Shown: one piece after another, positions 61,952-64,000 of the stretch
How positions within the stretch are numbered: position 1 is the first letter of the stretch
Layout of the letters: each line of letters begins with the position of its first letter
Origin: Monocercomonoides exilis PA203
Taxonomy: Eukaryota > Protista > Preaxostyla
Length of the DNA stretch: 64,000 nt
NCBI GenBank assembly: GCA_001643675.2
Contig: LSRY02000014.1
Coordinates: 992,001-1,056,000, forward strand
Direction of reading: 5' to 3'
Made by a program: the position numbers and the translations under genes
Notes under the pieces: generated by a model
Database searches by the model: none
Seen by the model: the letters and a program-made list of their open reading frames with translations, nothing else
Told to the model about the DNA's origin: nothing

Positions 61952-64000
61952 ATGATTGGACAGAAAGATATTGCAGTTGCTTCCTCTTCATCAACCCCAT
62001 CTAATGATGTTGATGATACATTTGCAGATATTGACGAGATGGTTAGAAAGGCACAGAAGGCTCTGTTGGAGTTACAAAAAATTGAAAGTCAAGAATTAAT
62101 TGACTCAATTGTGCACGCCATGGCACTTGCAGGATTGGATGCACATGAGAAATTGGCCCGTATGGCAGTGGAAGAAACAGGACGTGGAGTTTATGAAGAT
62201 AAAGTTATCAAAAACATGTTTGCAACTGAATATATTTGGCATGATATTAAGAAACAGAAAACCGTGGGAGTTCTTTCTGAGAATGACATGGAAGGAACCG
62301 TTGTTATGGCAGAACCAATTGGTGTTGTCTGTGGAGTGACACCAACCACAAACCCAACTTCAACAACTCTGTTCAAGTGCTTGATTTGCATGAAGACTCG
62401 CAATCCAGTTATTTTCGGATTCCATCCATCAGCTCAGGCTTGTAGCGCTGAAGCAGCAAGAATTGTCATGGAGGCAGCAATGAAGGCTGGAGCTCCAGCG
62501 GATTGCATCCAATGGATAAAGAAACCATCAATTGCAGCTACAAACTATTTGATGAATCACGATGGAGTGGCAACAATTTTGGCAACAGGAGGAGCAGGAA
62601 TGGTTAAATCTGCATATTCGACAGGAAAGCCAGCATTGGGTGTTGGTCCAGGAAATGTTCCTTGCTACATTGAAAAGACCGCAAACTTGTCACAGGCATG
62701 CACAGATTTGATCATGAGCAAAACATTCGATAATGGAATGATTTGTGCTTCAGAACAAGCGGTGATTGTGGATGAGGAGATCCACAAGGAGTTTGAGGCT
62801 TTTATGGTTGAGAACAATTGCCACTTGTTAACAGAAGAAGAGACAGCTATTCTGACCAAATACATGTTTCCAACTCCTGGAAAAGGTGTGCTGAACCATG
62901 TTGTTGGAAAGACAGCAGAGTGGATCGCACAACAAGCCGGAATCAAAGTTGCACCAAAAACAAAAATATTATTGGCAAAACTTGAGGGCGGACCAGATGA
63001 ATCAAAACCTTTGAGCAAAGAAAAACTTAGTCCAGTTCTTGCATACTTCGTGAGCCGAAACACAACTGAAGGTTTTGCATATGCAAATAAAATGTTGGAA
63101 CTTGGAGGTCTTGGACACAGCGCTGTCATCCACACTTCAAACATGCCATTAGCGAAACAATATGGAGAAGAAATGAGGGTCGGTCGTATCATTGTGAATA
63201 GCCCATCATCACAAGGAGCAATTGGAGATATTTATAATGGTATTCGTCCTTCATTGACAATTGGATGCGGAAGCTATGGAGGAAACAGCGTATCTTCGAA
63301 TGTTTCAATTTCAAATCTCATCAACACAAAAACAGTTGCTAAAAGAAGAGTGAATATGCAGTGGTTCAAGATTCCACCAAAGATTTACTTTGAACGTGAT
63401 TCAATCCAATATTTGGAGAAGATGCCTAATATCACAAGAGCATTTATTGTGAGCGATGCAATTATGGTAAAGTTGGGAAATGTTGACAAATTGCTGTATT
63501 ATTTGAGAAAACGGACTCAATACGTTCATAGTGAAATATATTCCGATGTGGAACCAGATCCAGATGTTGAATGTATCATGCGTGGTGTTGAAGCAATGAA
63601 CAGATTTCATCCTGATGTGATTATTGCATTGGGAGGTGGTTCTGCAATTGATGCAGCAAAAGGAATGTGGCTGTTTTATGAACACCCTGATACATCATTC
63701 GATGGACTCAGACAGAGATTCTTGGATATTAGAAAGCGATCATTCGCTTTCCCACAGTTAGGAAAGAAAGCACAATTTGTTGCAATCCCAACAACAAGTG
63801 GAACAGGTAGCGAAGTCACAAGCTTTTCTGTTATCACAGACAGAAAGAAAGGAAACATTAAATATCCACTTGCAGATTATGAGCTTACACCTGATGTTGC
63901 AATCATTGATCCACAGTTCACAGTTACTCAACCAAAATCTATTGTGGCCGATTGTGGAATGGATGTTCTAACACATTGCATTGAAGCATATGTATCTGTG
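61952..64000 (+). CDS. adhE: Bifunctional acetaldehyde-CoA/alcohol dehydrogenase AdhE (3' end outside window)
   Basis: Manual translation from ATG 61952: [105 protein letters not shown], linker [13 protein letters not shown], then [25 protein letters not shown] and KYPLADY. No introns seen. Confidence 0.98.
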   Translation, partial: MIGQKDIAVASSSSTPSNDVDDTFADIDEMVRKAQKALLELQKIESQELIDSIVHAMALAGLDAHEKLARMAVEETGRGVYEDKVIKNMFATEYIWHDIKKQKTVGVLSENDMEGTVVMAEPIGVVCGVTPTTNPTSTTLFKCLICMKTRNPVIFGFHPSAQACSAEAARIVMEAAMKAGAPADCIQWIKKPSIAATNYLMNHDGVATILATGGAGMVKSAYSTGKPALGVGPGNVPCYIEKTANLSQACTDLIMSKTFDNGMICASEQAVIVDEEIHKEFEAFMVENNCHLLTEEETAILTKYMFPTPGKGVLNHVVGKTAEWIAQQAGIKVAPKTKILLAKLEGGPDESKPLSKEKLSPVLAYFVSRNTTEGFAYANKMLELGGLGHSAVIHTSNMPLAKQYGEEMRVGRIIVNSPSSQGAIGDIYNGIRPSLTIGCGSYGGNSVSSNVSISNLINTKTVAKRRVNMQWFKIPPKIYFERDSIQYLEKMPNITRAFIVSDAIMVKLGNVDKLLYYLRKRTQYVHSEIYSDVEPDPDVECIMRGVEAMNRFHPDVIIALGGGSAIDAAKGMWLFYEHPDTSFDGLRQRFLDIRKRSFAFPQLGKKAQFVAIPTTSGTGSEVTSFSVITDRKKGNIKYPLADYELTPDVAIIDPQFTVTQPKSIVADCGMDVLTHCIEAYVSV

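Noticed and set aside
62100-63971. Short ORFs listed in the track over the last 2 kb
   Set aside because: Off-frame or antisense to adhE, which the track missed because it has no stop within the window.
1-64000. CRISPR array or prokaryotic defence system (Sir2 plus helicase could suggest Thoeris/DSR-type systems)
   Set aside because: No repeat-spacer array. The genes have spliceosomal introns and eukaryotic identities, and the sirtuin and SNF2 are separate, non-operonic genes.

Overview
This is eukaryotic nuclear DNA: AT-rich, many short spliceosomal introns, Ser/Glu-rich low-complexity proteins, standard genetic code (host genes end in TAA, TAG or TGA). The style suggests an anaerobic metamonad protist, resembling the oxymonad Monocercomonoides (inference). 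Positions 1-41 kb are a compact housekeeping block. It holds a secreted GG-repeat beta-helix-type protein (cut by the window edge), a 1981-aa orphan, a divergent Pol III subunit RPC31/RPC7, a two-TM protein, Clp1 RNA kinase, a HEAT-repeat protein, Ytm1/WDR12, a very large RING-containing Rad5/16-group SNF2 ATPase, an RNI-like LRR protein, a nucleotide-sugar transporter, tRNA-Ser(AGA) and a sirtuin with a long tail and a GC-AG intron. Positions 41.5-57.1 kb are a DNA-transposon island. It contains an 8.4-kb hAT element (18-bp TIRs, 8-bp TSD, intact transposase) carrying about 5 kb of decayed gene-like cargo, a 464-bp hAT MITE with the same 5'-TAAAC ends, a pogo/DD35D transposase broken only by TAA/TAG codons, and a 2.46-kb TA-flanked element with about 480-bp apparently perfect TIRs nested in an older ~390-bp MITE. 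The window ends with a decayed pseudogene and an intronless, Firmicutes-like adhE that runs off the end. Several real genes (beta-helix protein, adhE, RPC31, spliced Clp1 and sirtuin) are missing or fragmented in the ORF track. I found no CRISPR or prokaryotic defence system. The best candidate for something undescribed is the cargo-carrying hAT/MITE system and its nested neighbours.
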